A stretch of 64,000 bases of DNA. It comes from an uncultured Nitrospiraceae bacterium (GTDB taxonomy: Bacteria > Nitrospirota > Nitrospiria > Nitrospirales > Nitrospiraceae). The stretch is from NCBI GenBank assembly GCA_963730935.1, contig CAVSTP010000002.1, forward strand, positions 448,001 through 512,000, in the 5' to 3' direction. The translations under genes and the position numbers were made by a program. The notes below the pieces were generated by a model. The model made no database searches. It saw nothing but the letters and a program-made list of their open reading frames with translations, and was not told where the DNA came from. Positions 1 to 9,119 of this stretch are shown one piece after another; position 1 is the stretch's first letter, and every line of letters starts with the position of its first letter.

Positions 1-406
1 CGGCCATTCTGGCGCCTGCCGCGAGGCACGCGCGACAGACCAGGGAGAGGATGAGCCATCCACCATGAGACTGGATTTCGACGGTGTCTTCGCCCGTGAA
101 CGACCGCGGACCTTTCATATACACCACGAGCGCCTCATCGAAGACGTTGCCCTCACAAGATGGAGCAACCGCGCATGTCTCGGCAGGAGGCTTGTCAAAT
201 GACGACGGAAGGCGCACATCGGCGAGGTGGAGCGTATGAGAGACTATTGAGGCCAGCGGGCGACCGGACCGCAGCTGCACGATCCCTTCAGCGATGGCCA
301 GCGCTCGCGCACCGCTGAGCCGCACAATGCCGATCCCGCCTTCACCGGCCGACGTGGCGATCGCACAGATGGTGTCCTCAAGCGCTCCGCTCATCATGAG
401 CGCCAT
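1..406 (-). CDS. mnmE: tRNA modification GTPase MnmE (5' part only; runs off the window edge)
   Basis: My translation from the ATG at 406 gives MALMMSGALEDTICAIATSAGEGGIGIVRLSG, the typical MnmE N-terminus. It follows yidC. Confidence 0.93.
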   Translation of the reverse strand, partial: MALMMSGALEDTICAIATSAGEGGIGIVRLSGARALAIAEGIVQLRSGRPLASIVSHTLHLADVRLPSSFDKPPAETCAVAPSCEGNVFDEALVVYMKGPRSFTGEDTVEIQSHGGWLILSLVCRACLAAGARMA

Positions 407-409
407 CTC

Positions 410-2086
410 TCACTTGGCGGGATCGCTAATGAACGGCCGGTTGGCATACAACCGGTCGGTCAGCACCTGTTGCCCAATGGTCAGCATATTGTTGGTCAGC
501 CAATACAGCACGAGACCGGCAGGAAAATTAATGAAGAGAAACGTCATGAACACCGGCAATACCAACATCACTTTCGCTTGTGTCGGGTCCATGGTGGTCG
601 GGGTGATCTTCTGCTGAATCACCATCGTCGCTCCCATGATGATTGGGAGCACATAGTAGGGATCCTGGACCGACAGATCGGTTATCCAGCCGAAAAAGGG
701 AGCCTGCCGAAGGTCAATGGTCATATAGAGAATGTTGAACAGCGCCACGAACACCGGCATTTGCAGGACCATTGGTAAGCAGCCGCCCACCGGGTTCACC
801 TTATGGTCACGATACAGCTTAATGAGCTCCTTGTTCAATTTGTCGCGGTCGTCTTTGTACTTCTCCTGCACCGCCAGCACCCTGGGCTGGATCATTTGCA
901 TCTGCTTCATGGATTTATAGCTCTTGAACTGCAGGGGCACGAAGAGCAGCTTGATGCCCATCGTCAAGAGGATGATCGTGACGCCATAGTTATGCGTGTA
1001 CTCATTGATAAAGCGCAGCACATAGAAGATCGGCTTGGCGACGGCTTTGACGACGCTCCAGCTGCCGAAAATGAACCATCCAAAATCGATGGTTTCCTCA
1101 AGGCCCACGTTCAACGAGCGCAGCGTGTCGTATTCCTTCGGGCCCGCGTACAGTTGCAACGTCGTCGTCACTCCGCCAGCAGGAGGCGGCATTCGCACTC
1201 CGGCGGACACCAGTTTTTCGCCTTTTTCGCCTTCCTTTTTGGCCAATGCCGCGCTGGCACCCTGGGGCATTAATACCGAAAGGAAATACTTGTCCTGAAG
1301 GGCCACCCATTGGACCGCCCCTCTGCGCTCCAGTTCGTTATCCGGCGTTTCCTTTTCGACTTTTCCGTCCACGAGAGAGGCTGAACCGATCAAGCCGATA
1401 AACCCCTCGCCCCACTCTACGATCCCGAAGTTGGTGCCCAGGACTACGTCGTACGCGCCCGTCAGGCCCTCGACGGTAAGACCCACGTCTACCAGGTAGC
1501 TTCCTTGGTGAAAGGTCAGGTGCTTAAGCACCGTGAGTCCGGAAGCCGTATCCTGGAATCGCAGGGTCGCGTGACCGACGGGATGGGCGCTATCGAGACT
1601 CGTAAAATCCGTTTCAATCGCATAGAGGCCCTCTCGAAGCACTTTGTCAGCGGCCGCGTCGGATGTGCTGACCGAAAGGGGCCCCTTAAACTTTGCACCC
1701 TGATGGACGAGTTGAACGGGCTTTTCATCCGGAGGGGCGGTGTGATGACGCTTGAGTTCCCAACTGGAAATCACGCCGCCACGGGCATCCAACCCCACCC
1801 GAACCAGATCCGTCTCGATCATGACGGTTCGCTCGTGAGGTTGGGCGTGATCCGAAGAGGAAGGCTGGCGGGACGCCTCCTCGGGCTTTACCGAGGAGAC
1901 GGGACGGTCTCCTGCGCGAACGGCTGGAGAAACATCGGACCCGCCGGTCGTCGCACGGGTCGTCTCGGCGGGCGGCTCTTGCACTGTTTCGGGGGGCGGC
2001 AGGAGTCCCAACTGCTTCAAGAGCAAGTCATAGCCGAGGATCACTGCCAGGGACAGGACGAGAAAAATAACGACGCGCTTTTCCAT
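410..2086 (-). CDS. yidC: Membrane protein insertase YidC
   Basis: N-terminal TM segment, periplasmic domain with LYAGPK and IDFGW, and a C-terminal NPVGGCLP...DPYYVLP...PAGLVLYW core. Confidence 0.97.
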   Translation of the reverse strand: MEKRVVIFLVLSLAVILGYDLLLKQLGLLPPPETVQEPPAETTRATTGGSDVSPAVRAGDRPVSSVKPEEASRQPSSSDHAQPHERTVMIETDLVRVGLDARGGVISSWELKRHHTAPPDEKPVQLVHQGAKFKGPLSVSTSDAAADKVLREGLYAIETDFTSLDSAHPVGHATLRFQDTASGLTVLKHLTFHQGSYLVDVGLTVEGLTGAYDVVLGTNFGIVEWGEGFIGLIGSASLVDGKVEKETPDNELERRGAVQWVALQDKYFLSVLMPQGASAALAKKEGEKGEKLVSAGVRMPPPAGGVTTTLQLYAGPKEYDTLRSLNVGLEETIDFGWFIFGSWSVVKAVAKPIFYVLRFINEYTHNYGVTIILLTMGIKLLFVPLQFKSYKSMKQMQMIQPRVLAVQEKYKDDRDKLNKELIKLYRDHKVNPVGGCLPMVLQMPVFVALFNILYMTIDLRQAPFFGWITDLSVQDPYYVLPIIMGATMVIQQKITPTTMDPTQAKVMLVLPVFMTFLFINFPAGLVLYWLTNNMLTIGQQVLTDRLYANRPFISDPAK

Positions 2087-2328
2087 CACAGATTCTTGGC
2101 CCCCTGCCTCCGCGTCTCACCGATTAAGGGATCGTATCCTCCCCGATGAAACGGATGACATCTTAGTAAACGCCAGATTGTCAGACCGCCCCCCTTGACG
2201 ACGCCGAAGCGGTCGATCGCCTGGCACGCGTACTCAGAGCATGTCGGCTCGAACCGACAGGCCGGCCCAAGCCAAGGAGAGATCAAGAACCGATAGGCCG
2301 TAATGAGTGCCACGCAGATCATTCTCAT
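2086..2328 (-). CDS. yidD: Membrane protein insertion efficiency factor YidD
   Basis: [20 protein letters not shown]...[15 protein letters not shown] motif. The start is placed at the TGATG overlap with the rnpA stop, with a GGAG SD. Confidence 0.93.
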   Translation of the reverse strand: MRMICVALITAYRFLISPWLGPACRFEPTCSEYACQAIDRFGVVKGGGLTIWRLLRCHPFHRGGYDPLIGETRRQGAKNL

Positions 2329-2705
2329 CACGATTTCTCCGGGGTATTGAGGACTCCTTGACGCCGCAGAGTCGATCGCCACAGGTGTTTCAGTTTTTCG
2401 AACGGAAGGGTGAGGGCTTCCCGCTTCGGAAACACGAGCAGCGCGTGGTCAGCAGCCAACTCACCCCGGACCTGCCGCGACAACTCGCGGAAGAGACGTT
2501 TCGCACGATTCCGGCGGACAGCAATGCCAAACCGTTTGCCGACGACAATGCCCACTCGACTCGTCTGTGCCTCAGTCTTGCAAATCAATAAATTAAAGCA
2601 GTCGGTCGACAACCGACGGCCATGCTGCTTCACATGTTCGATGTCGCGGCTCGCCCGCAGAAAGAAGGACCGATCACCTACGCCTAGCGACATCGTCCGG
2701 CTCAT
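2328..2705 (-). CDS. rnpA: Ribonuclease P protein component
   Basis: [25 protein letters not shown] (RNR motif), located between rpmH and yidD. Confidence 0.93.
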   Translation of the reverse strand: MSRTMSLGVGDRSFFLRASRDIEHVKQHGRRLSTDCFNLLICKTEAQTSRVGIVVGKRFGIAVRRNRAKRLFRELSRQVRGELAADHALLVFPKREALTLPFEKLKHLWRSTLRRQGVLNTPEKS

Positions 2706-2835
2706 TAACGGCCGCGCCGAACCCGTCCGCCCGACTCCTGCGTTCCGGGTGGGGACGGACCGCTCCGTGGTGCTCTTGGAAAACGTCCCTGCTTGAGGAA
2801 GACAAGGGGGGCGGAAGCCCGTGCAGCGCGAGTAT

Positions 2836-2973
2836 TTAGACCGTCAAACGCGCGCGGCCCTTGGCTCGACGGCGGGCCAAGACTTTGCGGCCGTTTTTTG
2901 TGCTCATGCGTTTGCGGAAACCGTGTTCTCGCTTCTTTTTGAGGTTCGACGGCTGTTGAAACGTAAACGACAT
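2836..2973 (-). CDS. rpmH: 50S ribosomal protein L34
   Basis: [45 protein letters not shown]. Confidence 0.97.
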   Translation of the reverse strand: MSFTFQQPSNLKKKREHGFRKRMSTKNGRKVLARRRAKGRARLTV

Positions 2974-3013
2974 ACTGGTCACCCTTTCGAGCAGAATCTC
3001 AAATGAACGTCGC

Positions 3014-3042
3014 ATTATAGGGGCGCGTCCGCGACCTGTCAA
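3014..3042 (-). promoter_or_regulatory. Sigma70 promoter of the rpmH operon
   Basis: TTGACA-17 bp-TATAAT, a perfect consensus on the minus strand. Confidence 0.85.
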
Positions 3043-3264
3043 ACCAAACGGCGCGTGCACATGACTGCCAACCGATCCCGGCTCCTCGTTAATGAACTGA
3101 TCCACAAACTCTCTGATCTGTCGTTCAGTATTGAGGCGGTTTTGTGGACCTTTTCCGCAAAATGGACTAGACTGCCTCAGACTTTGATACCCGTAAATGT
3201 GTGGGCATCGACATAACCCATTACGGAATCAACAGTTCTGAACCGGGTGCTCCGAAGCCCCCTC

Positions 3265-3280
3265 TGGCACTGCCTTTGCG
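3265..3280 (+). promoter_or_regulatory. Sigma54 (-24/-12) promoter of the lipoprotein/YkuD operon
   Basis: TGGCACTGCCTTTGCG (GG-N10-GC). A near-IHF site AATCAACAGTTCT lies at 3227 and an inverted repeat TTTTGTGGA-N5-TCCGCAAAA at 3140-3162. Confidence 0.7.
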
Positions 3281-3370
3281 ACATCATAACCGGTTCGGCC
3301 TCACCTGCGCTCATTGGACCCACAGCGCTATGCGGATTGAACCGTCCAGCAACTTCAGGAGGAGCATGAA

Positions 3371-3985
3371 ATGAAGATCCGCTATGTTCTGGTGTCGATC
3401 CTCGGGATGTCCCTTTTGATGGGCGGATGTGCCCAACCTCCGGCCGATCAAATCAATGCCGCCGAACAGGCGGTCAAAGATGCTCAGCAAAACGGCGCGG
3501 CCACCTACGTGGCCAACGACTATGCCAAGGTGGAAGGACTGTTGGCAGCGATGAAGACGGAAGTCGCGGAGCAGGACAGAAAATTTGCTTTGTTTCGTGA
3601 TTACGGCAAGGCCGAACAGCTGGCCGCGACGACGAAGGCCGAGGCCGAACGTATCAAGGCGGACGCCGCCAAGAAAATGGAGGAAGCGAAGTTTGCTGCA
3701 GCACAAGCGTACCAGGCCGCACAAGCCACCGTCGCGTCGACCCTCGAGCTCGTGGCGAAGGCTCCGGCTGGGAAGGATCGCGCCGCGCTTGAATCAATCA
3801 AGACGGACGCGCAAGCGCTCAAGGCATCACTAAACGACGTGCAAGTGCTGCTCGACAAGGCGGATTACCTTGCAGCACAGACCAAAGCCAAAGCCATCCA
3901 GGACAAAGGGGAAGCCGTTTCACACGAAATCCAAACTGCCCTGGCCAAGATCGGCAAGGGTAAAACAATGGCAAAAAAGAAATAG
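3371..3985 (+). CDS. Ala/Lys-rich coiled-coil lipoprotein (DUF4398-like)
   Basis: AGGAGG SD, lipobox LMGG-C20, all-helical Ala/Lys/Gln-rich body, C-terminus KGKTMAKKK. Confidence 0.8.
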   Translation: MKIRYVLVSILGMSLLMGGCAQPPADQINAAEQAVKDAQQNGAATYVANDYAKVEGLLAAMKTEVAEQDRKFALFRDYGKAEQLAATTKAEAERIKADAAKKMEEAKFAAAQAYQAAQATVASTLELVAKAPAGKDRAALESIKTDAQALKASLNDVQVLLDKADYLAAQTKAKAIQDKGEAVSHEIQTALAKIGKGKTMAKKK

Positions 3986-3999
3986 CTTCGGCTCTTCGT

Positions 4000-5148
4000 A
4001 TGTTTCACAGGATCCCATACGTCGCTGCGTCTTTGTGGTGCGCCGGAGCCTTGACGCTCAGCGGCTCCCTCGCCGCATGCGTCGAGACCGTGCCCCCAGA
4101 AATGGTCGAAGCCATTGAATCGCTCGACCAGGATCTGCTGCAGTTGCGGGCTGGCGAAGTGGCTCCAAGCGAATATTCCGCCTTTGTTCACCAATGGCTC
4201 ACGCTTCGCAACCGGGTGGAAGCCGAAGAAGACACCATTCGTTGGCCGTGGGAGGCGAATGACCTCGAACAGGCGCTTCGTGATCTGCAGGCCGAGGGCG
4301 CCAAAACCGTTGCGCGTCTCACCGAACAGCAGGAAGCGGACCGCCGCGCAGCCGCTCGACAGTTGACGGACGTTGAGGAGCGGGCACGGGCGATCGCGAC
4401 ACAAGTCAGTGCCATAGACAGCCGGCTCATCCTAGCGGAAAAACCGGTGGAAACCGACTTGCTGCTGAAGCAAGCTCGTGCGTTTTACGAACAGGGACGC
4501 TACGAGCAATCTTTACAGGCCTCTGACCGTGCGTCCCACCACCTGACCGCACAATCGGCGTTGCTTCAGCGGGAGTTGGGGCGGTATGCAAGCCCTGATC
4601 GGATTGCTCAGTGGCAGCGGATGGCGCGTGAAACCATTGAGTGGTCGAAGAAGCATCGGACGTCGGCGATCGTCATTAGCAAAGCGGAGCGGTCTTTGAC
4701 CCTCTACCGCAGCGGACAGAAGCTGTTATCGTATCCCGTCCGGCTCGGCTTTAACGGTATCAAGGAAAAGCGTTACCAAGGCGACGGCGCCACGCCGGAA
4801 GGGCGCTATCGCATCGCCGGCAAGCGAGGACGCGGGCAGACACAATTCTATCGGGCCCTGCTGCTGGATTATCCGAACCAGGAAGATCAGCGGCGGTTTC
4901 TGAACGATCGCAAAAAAGGCAAGATTCCCGCCTTCCGTGACATCGGAGGTCAAATCGAAATTCACGGAGTGGACAACGAGTTGATGGCGCAAACGTTGGG
5001 ATGCGTCATGCTTGAGAATCCGCAAATGGCGGCGCTCTTTGAACGAGTCGACAATGGCACCCCGGTGACGATCGTCGGGGCGCTGCTGGAACACAATTCG
5101 GTGGAGCGCGCGCTGGTCAATCTGTCTACGCGCCGGAACGAAGTGTGA
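4000..5148 (+). CDS. YkuD-family protein, YafK/DpaA-like, with N-terminal coiled coil; probable lipoprotein
   Basis: Lipobox LAAC. Motifs IVISKAERSLTLY, KRYQGDGATPEGRY, LDYPNQED and GGQIEIHG...TLGCV. Confidence 0.85.
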   Translation: MFHRIPYVAASLWCAGALTLSGSLAACVETVPPEMVEAIESLDQDLLQLRAGEVAPSEYSAFVHQWLTLRNRVEAEEDTIRWPWEANDLEQALRDLQAEGAKTVARLTEQQEADRRAAARQLTDVEERARAIATQVSAIDSRLILAEKPVETDLLLKQARAFYEQGRYEQSLQASDRASHHLTAQSALLQRELGRYASPDRIAQWQRMARETIEWSKKHRTSAIVISKAERSLTLYRSGQKLLSYPVRLGFNGIKEKRYQGDGATPEGRYRIAGKRGRGQTQFYRALLLDYPNQEDQRRFLNDRKKGKIPAFRDIGGQIEIHGVDNELMAQTLGCVMLENPQMAALFERVDNGTPVTIVGALLEHNSVERALVNLSTRRNEV

Positions 5149-5789
5149 GCGGGCGGATGCAACGCATCATTGTTACTGTATGCTCCTGCGCAATCGGCCT
5201 TGTGTTGCTCCTGCTGGCCAGCAGCTTGCCCTCGACTTCGACGGATACCTTCCTCGTACAAGCGGTCGAGCAGGACCAGGCAACGCTTCATGCCCTGCAA
5301 GCTCGCTATCGGTCGCTCTCCAAACAGCTCAGTCAGCTGATGCCGGGTCAGCCGTACATCGTTGTCGATACCGCGAGAAACCATCTGTACCTCAAACGGC
5401 GGGATCAGGTCATGCTTGATGCGCTGGCGTCGACGGGAAGCGGCACGATCCTCGACAAGCCGGGCGAGGCCAGAGGCCAGTGGATCTTCGACACGCCGCG
5501 GGGCGAATTCACCGTGCAGTCCAAGCTGATCAATCCGGTCTGGGTCAAGCCGGATTGGGCCTTCATTGAGGAAGGGATGGCAATTCCTAAGAGTGCCGCC
5601 GATCGCATCGAATCGGGGGTGCTGGGAGAGTATGCGCTTGGATTCGGTAAAGGCTACTTTATCCATGGCACTCTCTACACGAGATTGCTGGGTAAGAATG
5701 TCACCCATGGCTGCATTCGGCTGAATGATGACGACCTGAAAAGTGTCTATCAACTGGCGAGGGTCGGAACGCCCATCATGATCTTCTGA
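5145..5789 (+). CDS. L,D-transpeptidase (YkuD/ErfK family)
   Basis: YIVVDTARNHLYL, TPRGEF, NPVWVKP and IHGT...VTHGCIRL with the catalytic His/Cys. Confidence 0.9.
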   Translation: MSGRMQRIIVTVCSCAIGLVLLLLASSLPSTSTDTFLVQAVEQDQATLHALQARYRSLSKQLSQLMPGQPYIVVDTARNHLYLKRRDQVMLDALASTGSGTILDKPGEARGQWIFDTPRGEFTVQSKLINPVWVKPDWAFIEEGMAIPKSAADRIESGVLGEYALGFGKGYFIHGTLYTRLLGKNVTHGCIRLNDDDLKSVYQLARVGTPIMIF

Positions 5790-5792
5790 CGG

Positions 5793-6461
5793 ATGCTGAG
5801 ACGCTCCGCCAGCCTCGCCCGGCTTCTCGTTCTCCTGGTTTCTCCGTTCATCTTCATTCCGCCCGCCTGGGCAGCCGAAACTGAGAACGTTCTCGCAGTA
5901 GACATCACCGATCCTGACGCCCTCCAAGAAGCGACCAGGATTCTTGCGGAAGAAGTCAAGCTCGCCGCACGCCCTCAAACATACATCATCGTGGATCTCG
6001 TCGACCGCGCGCTGGTGATCAAGGGCCGAGGTGCGGAGCTGCATCGGCTTCCCATTCAGCAGTGGTCCGGTCTCCGGCTTGCCGAGGCTTCAACGGCGTT
6101 TCGTGTACAGGCACGGCCGCCGGTCACGCGACGTAAAATCGCGCCGGCCGCGGGGGCAGAACAACCGCCGGTTTCCCTCGATGACATGCCGACCGACTTC
6201 ACGCTGACGTTTGCTCCCTCTTTTTCCTTGGCAGTTCATCCGTCCGTCTCAGACGACTTTTGGCGCTGGCTGCGCTTCACTGCTCGCGAATGGTGGGTCT
6301 GGGTCAGGGATTGGACACGTCGACTTGCCACAGGGAAAGAATTGCCAACGCATCCCGTGCTTCATTTAACCCTCACGCCTCATCACGCCAAATCGCTCGC
6401 ATGGACCGTCACTGAAGGGATGCCCGTTCTCGTTCGGCGGACTTCCTCTCCGCCGAAGTAG
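5793..6461 (+). CDS. Exported YkuD-like protein lacking the catalytic motif
   Basis: Signal peptide (PAWA). YIIVDLVDRALVI and EGMPVLV echo the terminal strands of YkuD domains. The protein has no Cys. Confidence 0.6.
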   Translation: MLRRSASLARLLVLLVSPFIFIPPAWAAETENVLAVDITDPDALQEATRILAEEVKLAARPQTYIIVDLVDRALVIKGRGAELHRLPIQQWSGLRLAEASTAFRVQARPPVTRRKIAPAAGAEQPPVSLDDMPTDFTLTFAPSFSLAVHPSVSDDFWRWLRFTAREWWVWVRDWTRRLATGKELPTHPVLHLTLTPHHAKSLAWTVTEGMPVLVRRTSSPPK

Positions 6462-6589
6462 CATGGTTTGCGTTTTATCAGACCGCTACCTAATATATAG
6501 TGAGGCGAACGTTCGGCCTGAGTATCCGCCGGCCCCCCGCTGTCTTCACGAACCGTTATCGACCATCACACGAACAAGAGGTTCATCCG

Positions 6590-7366
6590 ATGTCGGCCGG
6601 CCCCGAAGTGCATGTCCTGAACGATATCGCGCAGTGGACCACACAGGCCGCCGCCTTGACACTGGGCCTGCAACAGCAGGCGGTCCACGAGCGAGGCCGA
6701 TTCCTTGTCGCATTGTCCGGGGGCCGGACTCCCGAGCAGGTGTACCGCCGATTGGCTTCCCAATCCTCCCCCGCGCCGCAGGAGTGGTCGAGCACGCACT
6801 TCTTCTTCAGCGATGAGCGTTGCGTGCCTCCTGACCATCCGGACAGCAATTACCATCTCGCTGAAGCGGCGCTCTTTCGTCCGCTCAACATCTCTGAGGA
6901 TCGTATCCACCGCATGAGAGGAGAGCATCCGAATCCGGATGTTGCTGCAAGGGAGTATGAGGGCGTGCTTCGTGCGGTGACCAATGCCGACCCAGGGGGG
7001 TGGCCGCGGCTTGATCTCGTGATGCTGGGGATCGGAAACGACGGCCACACGGCCTCCCTGTTTCCGGGAACGGATGCCCTTGGGGAACGTCGACGGTGGG
7101 TGACGGTGGGACATGCGCCTTCCGGCCCGGCCAAGCGACTAACGCTGACCCTAGGTGTGATCAATCAAGCGACTGTGGTACTGTTCCTGGCCAACGGCGA
7201 CGGTAAAGCCGATATTGTCAAAGCCATTCTTGAATCGCGGCAGGATGCCGACCGTCAGTTGCCTGCCGCCCTTGTCCGACCGGACCGAGGCCGGTTGATC
7301 TGGCTGCTGGATCGTCCCGCTGCTGCCAGGTTGACCGGACACCACACACACAAGAGACCCGCATGA
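6590..7366 (+). CDS. pgl: 6-phosphogluconolactonase
   Basis: VALSGGRTP, DERCVPPDHPDSNY and LGIGNDGHTASLFP. Start moved to the ATG after the AAGAGG SD. Confidence 0.95.
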   Translation: MSAGPEVHVLNDIAQWTTQAAALTLGLQQQAVHERGRFLVALSGGRTPEQVYRRLASQSSPAPQEWSSTHFFFSDERCVPPDHPDSNYHLAEAALFRPLNISEDRIHRMRGEHPNPDVAAREYEGVLRAVTNADPGGWPRLDLVMLGIGNDGHTASLFPGTDALGERRRWVTVGHAPSGPAKRLTLTLGVINQATVVLFLANGDGKADIVKAILESRQDADRQLPAALVRPDRGRLIWLLDRPAAARLTGHHTHKRPA

Positions 7367-8424
7367 TCCTCGCTGGAGATATCGGTGGCACAAAGACGCA
7401 TCTCGCCCTCTATGACTGGACAGGGGAACGCATCGATCCGCTACGGCTTGAAACGTTTCACAGTGCCGATTATGCATCGCTCGATGAGATGCTCACCGAA
7501 TTTCTTGCCCCTCCGAAAGCTCCTCTCACGATCGACCAGCTTGAACAGACCAACGTAGAAAAACCCTCATCAGTTCCCACGACACCGGACGTACCTCCCC
7601 GCCTGGAAGCCGCCTGCTTCGGCGTGGCCGGCCCCGTCTTCCAAAACCACTCCCGGACGACGAATCTCCCCTGGGTGGTGGACGGACCGGCACTGTCCAA
7701 GCAATTCGATATCCAGCATGTCCAGTTGCTCAATGATCTGGAAGCCATGGCTTACGGGATTCTCCTGCTGCGCCCTGACGAATTGGTGACACTGAACGCG
7801 GGGACGCGGCCGTCACACAAGCAGGCCATTGTGCTGATTGCCGCAGGCACCGGCCTCGGTGAGTCGATTCTCTTCTGGGATGGCAGCCGGTACCGGCCCA
7901 TGCCGACGGAAGGCGGCCATACGGATTTTGCACCGAACAGCGATCAGGAAATCGACCTGCTTCGCTATATCCGAAGTCAGTACTTGCATGTCAGCTACGA
8001 ACGGGTGCTCTCCGGGCCAGGCCTGTTAGCCATTTACGAATATCTTCGTGATGCGAAGAAGAATGAACCGACCTGGCTGGCGGAAAAAATCAAGGCCGGC
8101 GATCCGTCCGCGGAAATCGCGGAGGCGGGGCTTAAGGGCCAGGCGGAAATCGCGAAACAGGCGCTGGATCTGTTTGCCTCTATCTATGGAGCAGAAGCCG
8201 GGAATCTGGCGTTGAAGGCCATGGCGATCAACGGCGTCTACCTCGGTGGAGGCATCGCGCCAAAGCTGCTGCCCAAGCTGAAGGACGGTACGTTCATGAA
8301 AGCCTTCACCAACAAAGGTCGCTACAAACGATTGATGACCCAGATTCCCGTTCACGTCGTCATGAACCAACATACCGGCCTCCTTGGCGCAGCTACGATG
8401 GCGGCACGCCTCGCGCAACCATGA
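7363..8424 (+). CDS. glk: Glucokinase
   Basis: ILAGDIGGTKT, LLNDLEA, AGTGLG, TEGGH and GGGIAPK. Confidence 0.95.
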   Translation: MILAGDIGGTKTHLALYDWTGERIDPLRLETFHSADYASLDEMLTEFLAPPKAPLTIDQLEQTNVEKPSSVPTTPDVPPRLEAACFGVAGPVFQNHSRTTNLPWVVDGPALSKQFDIQHVQLLNDLEAMAYGILLLRPDELVTLNAGTRPSHKQAIVLIAAGTGLGESILFWDGSRYRPMPTEGGHTDFAPNSDQEIDLLRYIRSQYLHVSYERVLSGPGLLAIYEYLRDAKKNEPTWLAEKIKAGDPSAEIAEAGLKGQAEIAKQALDLFASIYGAEAGNLALKAMAINGVYLGGGIAPKLLPKLKDGTFMKAFTNKGRYKRLMTQIPVHVVMNQHTGLLGAATMAARLAQP

Positions 8425-9119
8425 GCGGCTCAGATCTCGAGAGCTTCAAGAAGGCAGCAGCGCTCGCAGCAGTCGATTATGTGAAGGATGGGATGGTCGT
8501 CGGCTTGGGCACAGGTTCCACGGCCAAGCACCTGGTCATGGCGTTGGGCGAGAAGGTCAAGGCCGGGCTGAAGATACAGGGGGTGTCCACTTCTCAGGAA
8601 ACAGCGTCTCTCGCCGCACGCTACGGGATCACCTTGATTGAACACGAGCCTCGCTGGAAGCTTGATGTCGCCTTCGACGGCGCCGATCAGGTGGATCCCT
8701 CGTTCAACCTCATCAAGGGCGGTGGCGGTGCCCTCTTGAAAGAAAAGATCGTAGCCGCTTCGGCCAGGCAATTCGTGGTAATGGTCGATCACACGAAGCG
8801 TGTGTCGGTGCTCGGAGGCGCCTTTCCGCTGCCGATTGAAGTCGTGCCGTTCGGTTGGGGCAACACCGCAAGGCAGATCGAGGTGCTCACCCAAAGTCGG
8901 GTCGTGCTCCGCGAGCGCAGCGGCGCGCCGTTCCGCACGGAATCGGGCAACCTCATCGTTGATGTGCATCTCGCAACCATTGACCGGCCGCAAGATTTGG
9001 AGGTCGCCCTCAATTACATTCCCGGCGTCGTCGAGACCGGTTTGTTCGTGGATCGTACCGACGTCTTGATCGTGGGAACGCCGCATGGAACCGAGACCCA
9101 CAACGTCAAACGGACATGA
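8421..9119 (+). CDS. rpiA: Ribose-5-phosphate isomerase A
   Basis: GLGTGSTA, DGADQVD, IKGGGGALLKEK and PGVVETGLF. Confidence 0.96.
   Translation: MSGSDLESFKKAAALAAVDYVKDGMVVGLGTGSTAKHLVMALGEKVKAGLKIQGVSTSQETASLAARYGITLIEHEPRWKLDVAFDGADQVDPSFNLIKGGGGALLKEKIVAASARQFVVMVDHTKRVSVLGGAFPLPIEVVPFGWGNTARQIEVLTQSRVVLRERSGAPFRTESGNLIVDVHLATIDRPQDLEVALNYIPGVVETGLFVDRTDVLIVGTPHGTETHNVKRT

Noticed and set aside
2974..3370. oriC or dnaA region upstream of rpmH
   Set aside because: dnaA is not adjacent. There is only one 8/9 DnaA-box match (TGATCCACA at 3098) and no clear AT-rich unwinding element. The motifs fit an enhancer palindrome better.
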